Positions 50,910 to 64,000 of a stretch of 64,000 bases of DNA are shown here, piece after piece (position 1 is the first letter of the stretch; every line of letters starts with the position of its first letter). Source of the DNA: the human T2T-CHM13v2.0 reference genome, Homo sapiens; the NCBI RefSeq assembly GCF_009914755.1, contig NC_060935.1; one strand, written 5' to 3'. The notes below the pieces were generated by a model. It was not told where the DNA came from. It made no database searches and worked only from the letters and a program-made list of their open reading frames with translations. A program made the translations under genes and the position numbers.

Positions 50910-52029
50910 AACACCGAATCCTGGAGGAAGTGACTTTTTTCTTTAGAAACTAGAAGTCAAAAAAAAAAAAAAAAAGCACAGAAGTAAATGTCAAGGATGA
51001 CATGTGGAAATAATGTTGTTTTATTTACTTTGTATGGGAGACCATGTGGTTATACTGCCAACCTGGAAAAATTTGGTTTTAGAGCGATATTTGGAGTGGG
51101 TGTGGGGGCATCTGGGAAGCTGTGTGATGGCTGGGCTCTTCAGATGTCTAGATAGAAAAAAACCTGGTGGAATGGGGTTGTATTAAGGGAACAAGCTGTT
51201 GACTTTTCCGAAGTTTCATTTGCACTTCATTGTTTGGAAATCCCTTTTAGTCCTTTAATGGGTATGGTTGGTTCATTGGCTGCGTTTCACATTTTCAGCA
51301 GGCAAATTTCTTTCCAAATGAGTTCAGCAGAACCTCAAAGTGACTAGTTTTATTTGCTTTCAAACAAATGCCTTATTTGTTACCTTGTTATCATTTCAAA
51401 TAATGATCTTTATAGATGTTCATTTGGAGTTGCTCCCCCAAAATTCAGAGTTGCCAAACCACTGCATTTCCTTGTGCATAACTGCTCATTCTTTGAGGTC
51501 AGCCACCAGCTAAGATAGGTTTTGCATTGGTTCGGAATTTCATGTAAGCCCTCAAAAGCCTGTTTCAGAATTCAACAGTGATTTTCTGCTTAGTAGCCCA
51601 AAGACTTGAGTGGACAGCAAGGTTTGAGTTTGGGGATTTATCAGGGCAGGCTCTCTGGGGGGCTGCCGAGGCACTGCAAGATGGACATTTAATTTAGCCT
51701 GGTGGATGAGACCTAAGGGCTGACCCTCAGCTTTATTGCTTTAGAAACCTGGCATGTGAGCTCGCAGAGGCAGGATCTATCTCACAGGAGAGTCTCACAG
51801 AACCTGAGTTTGAAGAGACTGACAGGAAACACAGAATATGCATTTACTGCTTTCTATTGACTCACGTATCCTTCATGTACATTCGAAAGCACATGTCATG
51901 GTCTCTCTTTGTCAAATTTCAGAAAGCCAAATTCGAATCAGTTAAGAGTTTAGTGAGCATGGAATCAGAGAAAGGGAAGTTTGCTGTATGATTCAAACGC
52001 TTTATGGCATTTTTCTGATACCTCTGATC

Positions 52030-52930
52030 CACCATCCAATTGGTAGCCAGGATGACATTTAAAAAATTTAATCTGAGAAAATGAAAATCTGAACATGTCA
52101 TCTCTCAGTTTAAGACCTTCCATGGTTTTGAACTGCTCCTAAAATAAAAGTGGAAAAAATAACTTGTTCCGTAAAGTCTGACATGATTTTGCCTCGTCTT
52201 CCCTCTAGCTTCATGGTTTGCCTTTAGTCTCCAAGGTCTGACCTGCTCCTCTCTTCCTACAATGGCTTTCCTCTTCCTTATCCTAGTTAACTCCTATTAC
52301 TCTTTTAACAAATGAGTAATAACACTTTAAGATCAGATATATTTTTATTCATGTTTTTAATAAACATGTATCTGTGTCTACTATAGATACTAGTAATGTA
52401 ACAGAGCAAAGTCCATGTTCTCATGAAGCTAACATTCCTTCCTTCCATGAACAGAGCCATACAAAAAAGAACAACCACCAAAAGAAAATATAAAATATAT
52501 ACATATATGTAATATCTGAAAGTAATAAATATGTTGGAGAAAATATAAATGGCACAAGAGATGTGAGGAAGGAGGAAGTTGCTGTTTTACATACAGGGTT
52601 ATCAGGGAAGGTTCCACTGATAAATGATGTTTGAGCAGAGGCCTGAAGGAAGTAAGGAGATAGCCTTAAGGGTATCTAGGAAAAGCAGATTCTAGATAAG
52701 AGAAATAGCAAGCCCAAAGACCCTAAGGTTGCATTGTGCTACTGCTTTATAGCATTTACCTCATGCATTACTTAGAGCAATTATGCATTTCTATGTACCA
52801 TTATTTGATTAATGCCTGCTTCCTCCACTAGATTTCTGAGCTGCCTGAGAGTGGAGATCATGTCCATTTTTTTTCCATATTATATTCCCAGACTGTACAG
52901 CACAGGGCCTAATGTGGAATATATATATTA
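52030..52930. mobile_element. L2 fragments in both orientations
   Basis: Plus-strand 'tctgaacatgtcatctctcagtttaagaccttcc'; minus-strand 'tttgagcagaggcctgaaggaagt'. Confidence 0.65.
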
Positions 52931-52944
52931 TATACATATTTGTG

Positions 52945-53062
52945 GAAAGGAAAAAGGGAAGATGAGAGAGAGAAAGTGGGGTGGAGAGAGGGGAATGGGT
53001 GAAAGGGAAAGAGGAGTTTTAGAGAGGGGAGAGAAGGAGAGAGGTTAGGGAGAAAGGAAGGA
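52945..53062. repeat. GA-rich low-complexity tract
   Basis: Purine-dominated run. Confidence 0.85.
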
Positions 53063-53941
53063 CGAAATCCCCAAAGAGGCAAGTCCTGAGCATCCTCTTC
53101 TCTGGTCTGGGCAAAGAAGGGTACCACAAATATTAACTCTCAAATCTTCATCTCCACTCCAGGCTTCTGTTGCTGAGCAGTTTTTCTGTTGCCAGGCACA
53201 TTTTCCCCCCTTTAAATGCGCAAATAATTTCATCTGGATTAATGTCAAGTCTTACAGGCCTGGAAGTGCTTTTCTGAATCTTTAACATGACTTCTCATAT
53301 TTTTAGTATGATTCATTTCTGGTGATTTTATAGTTTAATTCTCAGGAGGCCTCTACTTTCCTCATGTCAAACTTTTAAGGGCACGTTACTTTTGCCCTTG
53401 TCACTCCTTCACATGCATCCTTCCTAATTTCCTTTTGATCTTCATGATCTACCAATCCAGGCCCAATGGAACAGGTTAGAAGAGTATCCAGGAAAATGCC
53501 TCTTTTCTGGGACAGTTTAAATTCCCCAGGTAGTTAGCAGAGATTTACTTCCTGTGTTTTTGAAGCTCTCATAATTCTATGACAAGATTGGAATAGACAC
53601 TGAAACAAGGATTCCCAGAAGGATTAGCTTTTTATCAAGTAAGATGGGTCAGACCCCAAACTCTAATCTGGGTTCCAGGATGGGTGAAAACAACCACATA
53701 CCTGCAGTTTAACGTTGCCTTTGCTTGAATTTACTCCTGAACCAGCACACCATTCGTTCACAGATCACACCTAACACCAAGGATATAAATGTGCTGAAAG
53801 TGTTTTGCATTTGCCAAGAGTTTTATATAAGCCCTCTTGGTTCAGATCTCCTATGATCTCTCCAACTAGTCAGATGATGTAGGGATTTTCTGGACAAGAT
53901 AATTTGGGGGGACTTTATATTTCTTCTAAACACTGTCTTAG

Positions 53942-53991
53942 ACATTTGGATTTCAGGGCAGAAAGTGAACATTTGGGTTTCAGGGCAGAAA
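53942..53991. repeat. Tandem duplication, 27-bp period
   Basis: ACATTTGG(A/G)TTTCAGGGCAGAAA at 53942-64 and 53969-91. Confidence 0.9.
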
Positions 53992-54066
53992 ACTTAAAGG
54001 GCAGCTAAGTGTGTAAATTCATAGCTAGTAAGACATTCAGAAATCATGTCCTCAATCTTACAGGCC

Positions 54067-54290
54067 CAGGAGTCAGCAAACGTTACAGAAAAAAGGGCCA
54101 GATAGCAAATAATTTAGATTTTGAGAGCCATGTGGTCTCTGTGGCAATGAATTAACTCTGACATTGTAGCATAAAGGTTACCATAGACAATGTGTAAATG
54201 AATGGGTGTATCTGTATTCCAATAAAGCTTTATTTATAAAAACAAGTGGGGGCCTGGATTTAGCCCATAGGCAGTAGATTGGTGATCCCT
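54067..54290. mobile_element. MER58A
   Basis: 'caggagtcagcaaac..gggccagatagcaaat..ccaataaagctttattta..ggatttagcccataggcagtag'. Confidence 0.88.
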
Positions 54291-54509
54291 ATTATAGGCC
54301 ATACAAGTCCTACATTGTTGTGCTGACTGAAATACACATTTGATGGTGAGCAGCCCCTGTATAAACCAATATAGGGGATAAAGTTAATTACCGTTATTCT
54401 TTTATACATTTTGCAACATATAATCTTTTCTTCCAAGGATTCTCTCATCTACAATGTTTAATGAAATATCTGTAATGATAGATAGGAATTTCTTCAACAA
54501 AGTGAAAGA

Positions 54510-54690
54510 TGTTCTAGCACTTTGCTGCTAAAAGTGTGGTTCATGGGCCAGTAGCATCCATGTCAGTCAGGAGCTAGTTAGAAATATAGAATTTCAGGAC
54601 CTACCTCCCTTATCTATTGAATCAGAATTTGCATGTTAACACAATCCCTGGATGACTCATATTTGTATTAAGATTCGAGAAGCACTGTTC
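54510..54690. mobile_element. MER5A
   Basis: 'aaagtgtggttcatgggccagtagcatc..tgaatcagaatttgcatgttaac..gagaagcactg'. Confidence 0.85.
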
Positions 54691-55711
54691 CAGCTCTCAG
54701 CAATGAATGCAGCCTCACAAGCAGCTTCATACTGCAATCCTAAAAGATGCAGTGCCGATTTCCAATAATTCCCTAAAACAACTGTAGATTTCTAACAACC
54801 CTCTAAAACGACTGTAGTAATAGGTTTCAAATTTTGTTAAAGAGACTGCTACTGTGAGTCTTGTTATGTGAATAACCATCCATTTACTTACCTGTTTTGC
54901 AAATGATTGATTTTCACACTGTTTCTTAAAGAGTTTGGCACATTCCTGCCTTTATACGTGGCTTTCTTAGTTTCCTTAGCCTAGAATGACCTCACACTAA
55001 CTAACCTCTTTCACTGACTAAATCCCATGTATACACTGGTGCTCAACTCAAGTTCCTTTTCCTTTGACATGTTTACTCCCTTTTCCGAACTCCTACTCTT
55101 TGGTGAACTGACACTTTGCTGACCACAAGTTCTAGACTGCAATCTCTTTTGAGAGTGGAGACTTATATCTTGATTGTTCTTGAAGCCCTAAGGGCTTATA
55201 ATATCTTTCCTTGAATGTGGTAGTAGCTGTGAATATTCTACATTGATTCCCGTATCACAGGAAAGGGGGTGCACTCGTACTTGTCAAATGCACAGAGGCC
55301 AAACTCTTTCTCTGAAACAACAGACACTTCACTACAACTTAACCTACATCTCAATCCCATTTAAACCTAATAGGGACTAGTAGCCATGGTACTAAACATA
55401 ACCCTAGGAGCTCTGGGGATAGCATTGCAGATTATGAACTAAATGTAGACATAAGAGGACATAGATAGATAGTGTATGATACAGGATCCATGGAGGCTTA
55501 TATTTTCCAGCACCTGATCCTGTCTATCAAATGTCATTTGGTTGAGGGTAAAGTGAAGATCTGCCACTGATACTCTGGGGTTTTCGGGTCAGGAGAAGTT
55601 GATTCCTGTAGGAAGCCTTACCTGTGTCTATTGAGTAGATTCCTTTACACTGAGTCTTTCCATGAATGAGCCAGACTTCATCTATTTATTCATCTGTTGA
55701 TTGATTCTCTA

Positions 55712-56005
55712 TTTTTTTTTTTGAGACAAGATCTCTCTCTGTCACCTCTTCTGGAATGTAGTGGCACAATCACAGTTCCCTGTAGCCTTGAACTTCTGGG
55801 CTCCAGAGATCCTCCTGCCTCAGCCTCCTGAGTAAATAGGACTACAGGTGTGTGGCTCCACACCCAGTGATTAAAAAACTTTTTTGAAAGAGATGGGGTC
55901 TCACTATGTTGCCCAGGCTGGTCTCTAACTCCTCACCTCAAGTAATTTGCCCACCTCGGCCTCCCAAAACATTGAGATTACAGGCAGGAGCCACCATGCC
56001 TGGCC
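55712..56005 (-). mobile_element. AluJ
   Basis: Diverged dimeric Alu with J-type 'cacagttccctgtagccttgaacttctggg' and 'gtctcactatgttgcccagg'. Confidence 0.92.
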
Positions 56006-56439
56006 CTGATTCTTGATATCTTAATCACAAACAGCACTGTGCTTAATGCTGCAAAAGTATAAAGGGCATATACAGAAGTACACAATATAATCCCTGACCT
56101 TTCAATCTGGTTGGGGAGGAAAGTGAAGGCTTGCTTCTATTGTTAAATAAGAAAATGCATGACAACTCAGTCACAGCAGTTTGTGGCAAAGTGGTCAGTA
56201 CTTAGTACCAATGGATGTATGGTCAGTAAGTGGTATGGTGGTTAGTAGGAGAGCCAGAGAGATTGCTGTATGTTGGAGAGTTAGGGAAGGTTTAATTGAG
56301 GTGATGGGTTTAGGGTAGGGATGCAGCAAAGGGCACTCTTTGGACAGACTTGTAAGGAAAGGCTGGAGTTACTCAGATCTGGGACAAGATCAGCCTCCAA
56401 AAGGACCCATTCCTCCCCACCTCCCTTCTCTTCTTGTAG

Positions 56440-56830
56440 TATGGTGTGCGGCCAGGAAAAATTCACTGCTTTCTGTTTCCTGGAAGCTGCATTGCACCAC
56501 TGGCCAGGGTTGGTCTATTAGTCCTCCTTCCTCCTCCCCATCACCCAACAAATGCAGCCGCTTAGCAGTCTGCTGGACGGATAATGCGATGGAAAATCCC
56601 CCCCACTTTCTCATCAGAACGCAGTTCATTCACTCAGTGCCAAGTTGTCTTTCCTCTAGGCTCCCTGAGGAGGCCATGGAATAGACTGCACAGCAGCCTG
56701 GGCCTACCTGAAAGCGAAAGTGAATTCTCGCTGCCGGAAAAGAGCAAGGAGCTGCATATGCCGCATCATCTGTTCCTGCTTATTTTTTCCCTCTGCTGCA
56801 ATGAGACCTGTTCTCAGCTCTGAGGGAGGC
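56440..56830. promoter_or_regulatory. Candidate cytokine/interferon-responsive enhancer
   Basis: GAS TTCCTGGAA 56477-85; kB GGAAAATCCC 56591-600; IRF-E GAAAGCGAAAGT 56710-21; locally retained CpGs. Confidence 0.5.
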
Positions 56831-56914
56831 AGCAGCTAAGGTTGACTCCCATCTTTAGGAGAAAATATTTATCAACTTTAGGGTAGAATATTTTTTCAAG
56901 TTACTATACACTTA

Positions 56915-58290
<1,376 letters not shown>

Positions 58291-58293
58291 TGA

Positions 58294-58810
58294 TGTAAAT
58301 TTCTATTGCAAATTACAGAAAACCCAACTCAAGCTGGCTTAAACAAATAGGAAATGTTTTGACTCAAGTAACTACACAATCTTCAGGTGTAACTTCATGG
58401 TGTCAAATGTTCTCAGGGACCATCTGTCCATTGTTTTCTCCAGGCTTTATTCTTACGCTCAGCGTGATGCCCCTAGTAACCTCAGGATGACATTTTCTCG
58501 GCACCCAGCCTCAGGAAAGAGAGATTCCACTTCTCCAATGGGTCAAACAACAGTCGTAGAACTGAGCCTTATGGACATCGTCTGTCTAACTTAGACCACT
58601 GTCCTTCTTGGAGCCAATCACTGTGACTGGTGAAATGAGTATGCCTGATTTTGACAAGGTATGTGTACCTCCCCTAGAGACTGTGTTATCCCAAAGCACT
58701 TGGGCTAAGAGTTGGCCAGGGACAGCTCCTCCAAACAGAGTTCATGGCATGGTCATCAGAATGAGAGTAAGGAGCTAGTGGGTAGATAAAACAATAGACG
58801 TCCACCTCAT
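58294..58810 (-). mobile_element. Old MLT1 (J/K-like) LTR
   Basis: 'attgcaaattacagaaaacccaactcaagctggcttaaacaaa', 'agccaatcactgtgactgg'. Confidence 0.7.
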
Positions 58811-58916
58811 ATAATGCCTTATTTTCTGATTTGGGTAACTGTGGGTGGTGGTATCATTCACTGAGATCAGAACCACAGAAATAGGAATATATTTGTGAGT
58901 TTTGAGTGTAGGAGCT

Positions 58917-59593
58917 TGACTTAGTCCATTTGAGCTACTATAACAGAATGCCTGAAACTCGGTAATTTATGATAAACATAAATTCATTGGGTCATAGTTC
59001 TGGAGGCTGAGAAGTCCAAGACTGAGAGATCAGCATCTGATGAGGGCCTTCTTGCTGTGTCGTCTCATGGAAGAAGGGCAAAGAGAGAACAAAAGAGAGC
59101 AAGAGCACATATATAAGTATAAACGGTCTTGAACTGGCAGCCTCAAGCCTTTTATTTTTACGTTTTTTTTTTTTTTTTTGAGATGGAGTCTTGGTTTGTT
59201 GCCCAGGCTGGAGTGCAGTGGCGCGATCTCGGCTCACTGCAAGCTCCGCCTCCTTGGTTCACGCCATTCTCCTGCCTCAGCCTCCTGAGTAGCTGGGACT
59301 ACAGTCGCCCACCACCAGACCCAGCTAATTTTTTGTATTTTTAGGAGAGACAAGGTTTCACCATGTTAGCCAGGATGGTCTCGATCTCCTGACCTCGTGA
59401 TCCACCCGCCTTGGCCTCCCAAAGTATTGGGATTACAGGTGTGAGCCACTGCACCCAGGCCTCAAGCCCTTTTATAATCAACATTAATCTATTCTTGAGG
59501 GTGGAACCCTCATGACCTAAATATCTCCTACCAGGCCCCACCTCCTAACATTGTTACGTGGGGAATTATGTTTTCAACAAATGTTTTTTGGGG
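58917..59593 (-). mobile_element. MST/MLT1A-type LTR interrupted by AluY
   Basis: 'ttagtccatttgagctactataacagaat..ctggaggctgagaagtccaag' and, after the Alu, 'ggccccacctcctaaca..tcaaaccatagca'. Confidence 0.85.
59163..59461 (-). mobile_element. AluY
   Basis: 'gcaagctccgcctcc..ttcacgccattctcc'; duplicated flank CTCAAGCC(C)TTTTAT. Confidence 0.96.
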
Positions 59594-60980
59594 GATACAG
59601 TCAAACCATAGCAGAGGGGTTGATAATTAGGTTTAAAACACAATGGCTTAGTACATTCGAACTTTGTGTATAAGAATTTGATATTTAGGATGGGTGGAGA
59701 AAAGATGAACTGTGCCCCTGGAATTTTTGTTTAAACAAACATAATATCTTTACTGATTATTCTGGCTCAAGAATTTCTGTTGTCCAGACTTCACACCACC
59801 ATTGTCCCAGACAAGGTGCTAGATACTGAAAATGCAAAGTTGAGTGAACCATGATACTCTCTGTTCTCAAGGAGCTGATAGTGTGGTAGGAAAGAACCAT
59901 AATAACCAGAAACTACACTATCATGAGTTAATTATTATAAGAGAAGAACATAACAGGAAAAGAATTAATTGAAAGGAAAGAATGAGTGATAGACTCTTCG
60001 AGAGTTGGGGAAGTCAGAAGGTGATTTCTAAGTAGGGTTTTGCTGCGAGTGGGAAGGGAGTGAAAATCCTAAGTAGTATGTACGTGTTTGCAGAATTGCA
60101 AGTAGCTCTGTATAATGAGAACACAGAATGTCAGGGGTGTTGGCAAGATGCTTTGTCCATTGATAATTCTTATTCTAAGTAGCAGCATGGCCACTTATCC
60201 ATGTGGTATAATTTGGGAAAAAGCAAATTTTATTCCTCCACAGCTCTACCTATTCAATATCTTATAATATTTATTTTATGGGTAAAGGGCTAGGGTTTGG
60301 GGCAAAAATGAAAATACTATCTTGAAGCAAGTAGTCATCAAGGTAGTTATTAGCCTTTGTTGTATATTTCTTCTCATTAGCTAATTACATATGATTCAAA
60401 CAAGCAGGGCTTGAGGAAGTGAAATACTGTTTCAACTATCACTTTCTAATACTCTCCCATCCCTGCTAAACACATATTAGGTTACCAGTCAATGTTTGTG
60501 TATTAAAAGTTCAAGAGCATTGGTTGCTGCTATAGGAAAGACTGATTATTCACCAAGAACTACCAGACATATATTTCTCCCCTAGTTCTCTCGTAACTTC
60601 TTTAATAAGCAAACTCCTATCAAGAACAATTTGTTCAGATGTTGGCACATTGTATCACAATTCTTCTATTCACATATCTGTCTTACCCATCAAACCTTAA
60701 GCTCTTTCTTGGGGCAGCTCTTTCTTGGGAACAGGAAAGATATACCTTACATACCTTTATAACTTATGTGTCTAGTATAATGTGTATGTATAATGTATAT
60801 ATGTATGTATATATATGTAATGTGTCACTCAGACAAAATTAAGCCTTTAAAAGACAGTCATATTTTTTAACCATCTTCTTGCTCTAGAAGCTTCTGTATA
60901 GCAGGGCAGAAGGAACCACCTCTCTAGAAGGTTTAACACAAGAATTTCTAAAAATGACAAAATTATTGGTTGATGATAAC

Positions 60981-61336
60981 TGTCTTAGTCTGGTTGGGTT
61001 AAGAAACCAGACTTAGACTGGGTGGCTTATAAGCAACAGAAATTTATTGCTTACAGTTTGGAAGGCTGGGAGGTCCAAGATCAAGGTGCCACCAGTGTCT
61101 GGTGAGGACTTAATCTCTGGCTCATAGATCATGCCTTCTAACTGTGTCCTCACATGGTGTAAGGGACAAGGCAAGTCTTTGAGGCATCTTTTATAAAAGG
61201 CACTAATTGCATTCTTGAACACTTCACCCTCATGAACTAATCACTTCATAAAAGGCCCACCTTCTAATACCTTCACTTTGGGGGTTAAGATATCAATATA
61301 TAATCTGGGGGACACACAAACACTCAGACCATAGCA
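60981..61336 (-). mobile_element. MLT1A-like solo LTR
   Basis: TGTCTTAGTC..CAGACCATAGCA termini; TSD ATAAC/ATGAC. Confidence 0.9.
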
Positions 61337-62748
61337 ATGACTAAATCCAGTCTGGGTTATTCCTTGCTCATTTTCTGTCATTTCTTATTTGTGTACCCAA
61401 TATTCTTATCCTATGATGTTTTGTTAAGGGTGGTTTACTTCTTGTAATCGGACTTTAATTCAACTGCAGAAAGTTGAGTTATACTATTTCTATAAGCTGA
61501 TCAAACTTTGCTGTAAAAATCTTTACAAAACGTTATTAAAAATTACAAGTAATACAAGCTTCTTGTGGGACATTTAAAAATATAAAAGTGTATTAAGTAA
61601 AGAGATACATTCTCTTCTTTCCTTTTTTCTACCTATGAAGCTCCTTGCCCACTATATTCTTCCAAAATTCTTTCTATGCATTGACAAATTTACTCATTTA
61701 TTTTTTCTTTCAACACATAATTATTGAACAGCTGCTATATGCCAGACTGTGTTCACACAGTGATGACACAGCTGTAAATAAAAGAGGCAAGTTTTTTGCT
61801 TCCTTGGAATTGACATTCTAGTAAGGAGCAGAGGTAAATGGGTTGATAGAATAATAGAGAATCTTTTGCTAAAATATATTAACTTTTTAAAAAATTGATG
61901 TTTTCCATTGAAGAGTGCATATCATTTCCTCGGTGATAATGATAAATAACCCAATAACAGCAGTAACTATAATAAAACTTCAGTCCTGAAGTATCTGGTA
62001 GCACAGTGCCTGACACATAGTAAGTACTCATCAAATACGTAAATGGATGACTGGTATCAGGAACTGCAAGGGTGACCCCCAGTCATCAAAGAAAGAGAGA
62101 GTACTAAGTACCTTGCAAGGATGGGAGGTTGTCCTGAAAGAAAAGAGCATTCATTCATTCATTCAGCAAATATTTATTGAGTAATTACTATGGGCTAAAA
62201 CTCTTCTAGGCATTGGGCGTGAATGAACCCTGAAGATGGAATTTACCTGCTTCAAACATTTATCAGAGACCTCCCCAGAAAAATCTGTAATTTACCGTAG
62301 TCACTTGTTTCAGAACTGACTGTTGTGAAGCTCTCTGTGAGAGGGGAATATGAAGATGGTAACAACAACCAGAAAAATAGGATTTTAAATTATTAGAGTG
62401 CCAAATATGATATATTTTAAATCATTTCAACTAGGTCACTCTAGAAAGAGCCTTTCTGTTTCTGAAGAGGCTTAATCCTCCCAGCTAATTTCCTCTAATG
62501 GGCCACTCCAAACCCAGTCCTCTTTTTTCTTTTGTCTCCTACTGCTTAAGCCTCATCAGAGGCTGCTGAGCAATCTTTTGAACACAAGAAAGAAGATCAT
62601 TATCATCATTATGCTGTTACCCTTGAAGAAAGCATGTAAAGAGGCTGACAGAGGATGCATAATTTAAGAAAACATGGAAACTCAAGGTTACATAATAGCC
62701 TCTTGATTTTCCAAACTGCCACTAAATGTAATTGAGACTAAATCTATG

Positions 62749-62764
62749 TACACACACAGACACA

Positions 62765-62799
<35 letters not shown>
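62749..62799. repeat. (CA)n microsatellite
   Basis: CA run with a few GA interruptions. Confidence 0.97.
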
Positions 62800-62802
<3 letters not shown>

Positions 62803-63389
62803 TTATGAGATTGTTTTGACGTGTTCCATCAGACTGTAACTCATGATAAAGGGAACCACATCCACTTGTTCACCAGTGTATAATCCAGTGTTTGCATATT
62901 ACCTAGCACAAAGTAGGCACTTCATAAATATCAGTTGAATGGACAAATAAATAAACTGTGTTTCTAACCCTCGTTTTCAGATATTTCTCGTCTCTATCTT
63001 TTTTATTTGCTGTAGTTTTTATATTCTCATTATTTCATTTTAGATGTTTCTCTCTTGCCCCCACTTCCCAATTGTCCTCATTAGTTTATGGAACTCTTGT
63101 ATTACTAGAGAATAACCTTTCATTACCTATGTTTCTATCTGGCTTACAAGTTTAGGGGAGGGTCAACTCTTCAATCTCCCCACGCCCCCTTTGAGTTGAT
63201 CCCCAGATGGGGCTGTCTACTCCATGATACCGATAGTCCCCGCAGAGCACTCTTGAAGGCCTGGCAGTATAACAATGGCCCCAGGAGTCTCCTTTATGTC
63301 TGTTGATTAGGATTCAATGTCCTCACGCCTGGGGATCAACTTCAATTCAATTTCAAGTCAGGGAAGTTGTACTGAACAAAGCACCTGTG

Positions 63390-63560
63390 ATGTGGAGGAA
63401 AGAACATTGGGAGTCAGACCTGGGTTAATGTTGGCATTAACACTTACTAAATGTTCAGTCTTGGGAAAGTTATTTAACTTTGAGCCTTGGTGTCTTCATC
63501 TATAAAGTGAGATGAAGTACATTGATATATCTATCTCAGCACAGTGCTTAGCTTATGGGA
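63390..63560 (+). mobile_element. MIR SINE
   Basis: 'ggagtcagacctgggtt..cttgggaaagttatttaactttgagcct..catctataaa'. Confidence 0.8.
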
Positions 63561-63619
63561 GATGCTACAGATTCATTTGCTTTCCTACCTATTCCCTGGT
63601 TTCCCTGTATATTCTAATT

Positions 63620-63846
63620 GAAGGTTTCTCAATGTCAGCATCATTGACGTTTTGGGCAAGATGATTTTTTTTTTTTTTCTTTTGCTGTGGGGTCTGTCCT
63701 GTGCGTTGTAGGATGTTTAGCAGCAACCCTGGCCTCTACTTGCTAGATGCCAGTAGCCCTCTCTCCTGGTTGTAATAATAAAAAACGTCACCAAAAAATG
63801 TTAAACATTCCCTGGGGGTCAAAGTTGCCCCTGTTAGGAGCCATTG
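63620..63846. mobile_element. MER20
   Basis: 'ggtttctcaatgtcagcatcattgacgttttgggc..gtaggatgtttagcagcaaccctggcctctac..agatgccagtagc'. Confidence 0.9.
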
Positions 63847-64000
63847 CATTAACCTTAGAAGATGAATGAATTAAACTATTAAACTCATTCTGCAAATTTG
63901 GCTTACTTCAGATACGTGAACCAATCCTTGCCAGACTGTAAGATGTAATAGTTGTTCATTATCCATCCATTTGTCTTTAATTCATTCATTGAAAAGCTTT

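Noticed and set aside
54886-54894. Perfect minus-strand donor CAG|GTAAGT; also an isolated acceptor at 62961-62980
   Set aside because: No convincing partner splice site at exon distance; such motifs occur by chance in 64 kb.

Overview
Primate genomic DNA, most likely human or great ape: it contains AluY/S/J, a young L1PA 3' end, THE1/MST/MLT1 LTRs, MIR, L2 and MER elements. It is AT-rich, CpG-poor and dominated by interspersed repeats, as expected for an intergenic region or a very long intron. I recognise no protein-coding exon; the ORF track consists of repeat-derived or chance ORFs, and I cannot name the locus. Repeat subfamily names come from recognising consensus motifs by eye, and boundaries of old elements are approximate. 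The most notable observations: (1) a ~300-bp non-Alu inverted duplication (21106-21408 / 24076-24383, ~93-94% identical) with a fold-back hairpin at one junction, a 13-bp locally templated inverted segment at the other, and a consensus-flanked 88-nt candidate exon in its loop; (2) three GC-richer, apparently unique islands with dense transcription-factor motifs, one combining STAT, NF-kB and IRF sites; (3) a MADE1 hairpin with compensatory substitutions in both arms; (4) relic RTE- and CR1-clade reverse transcriptase sequences; (5) an old 5'-inverted (twin-primed) L1M; (6) two MER58 elements sharing a re-used target site. I see no convincing new multi-gene system; the inverted-repeat/candidate-exon module and the putative cytokine-responsive enhancer are the best leads.
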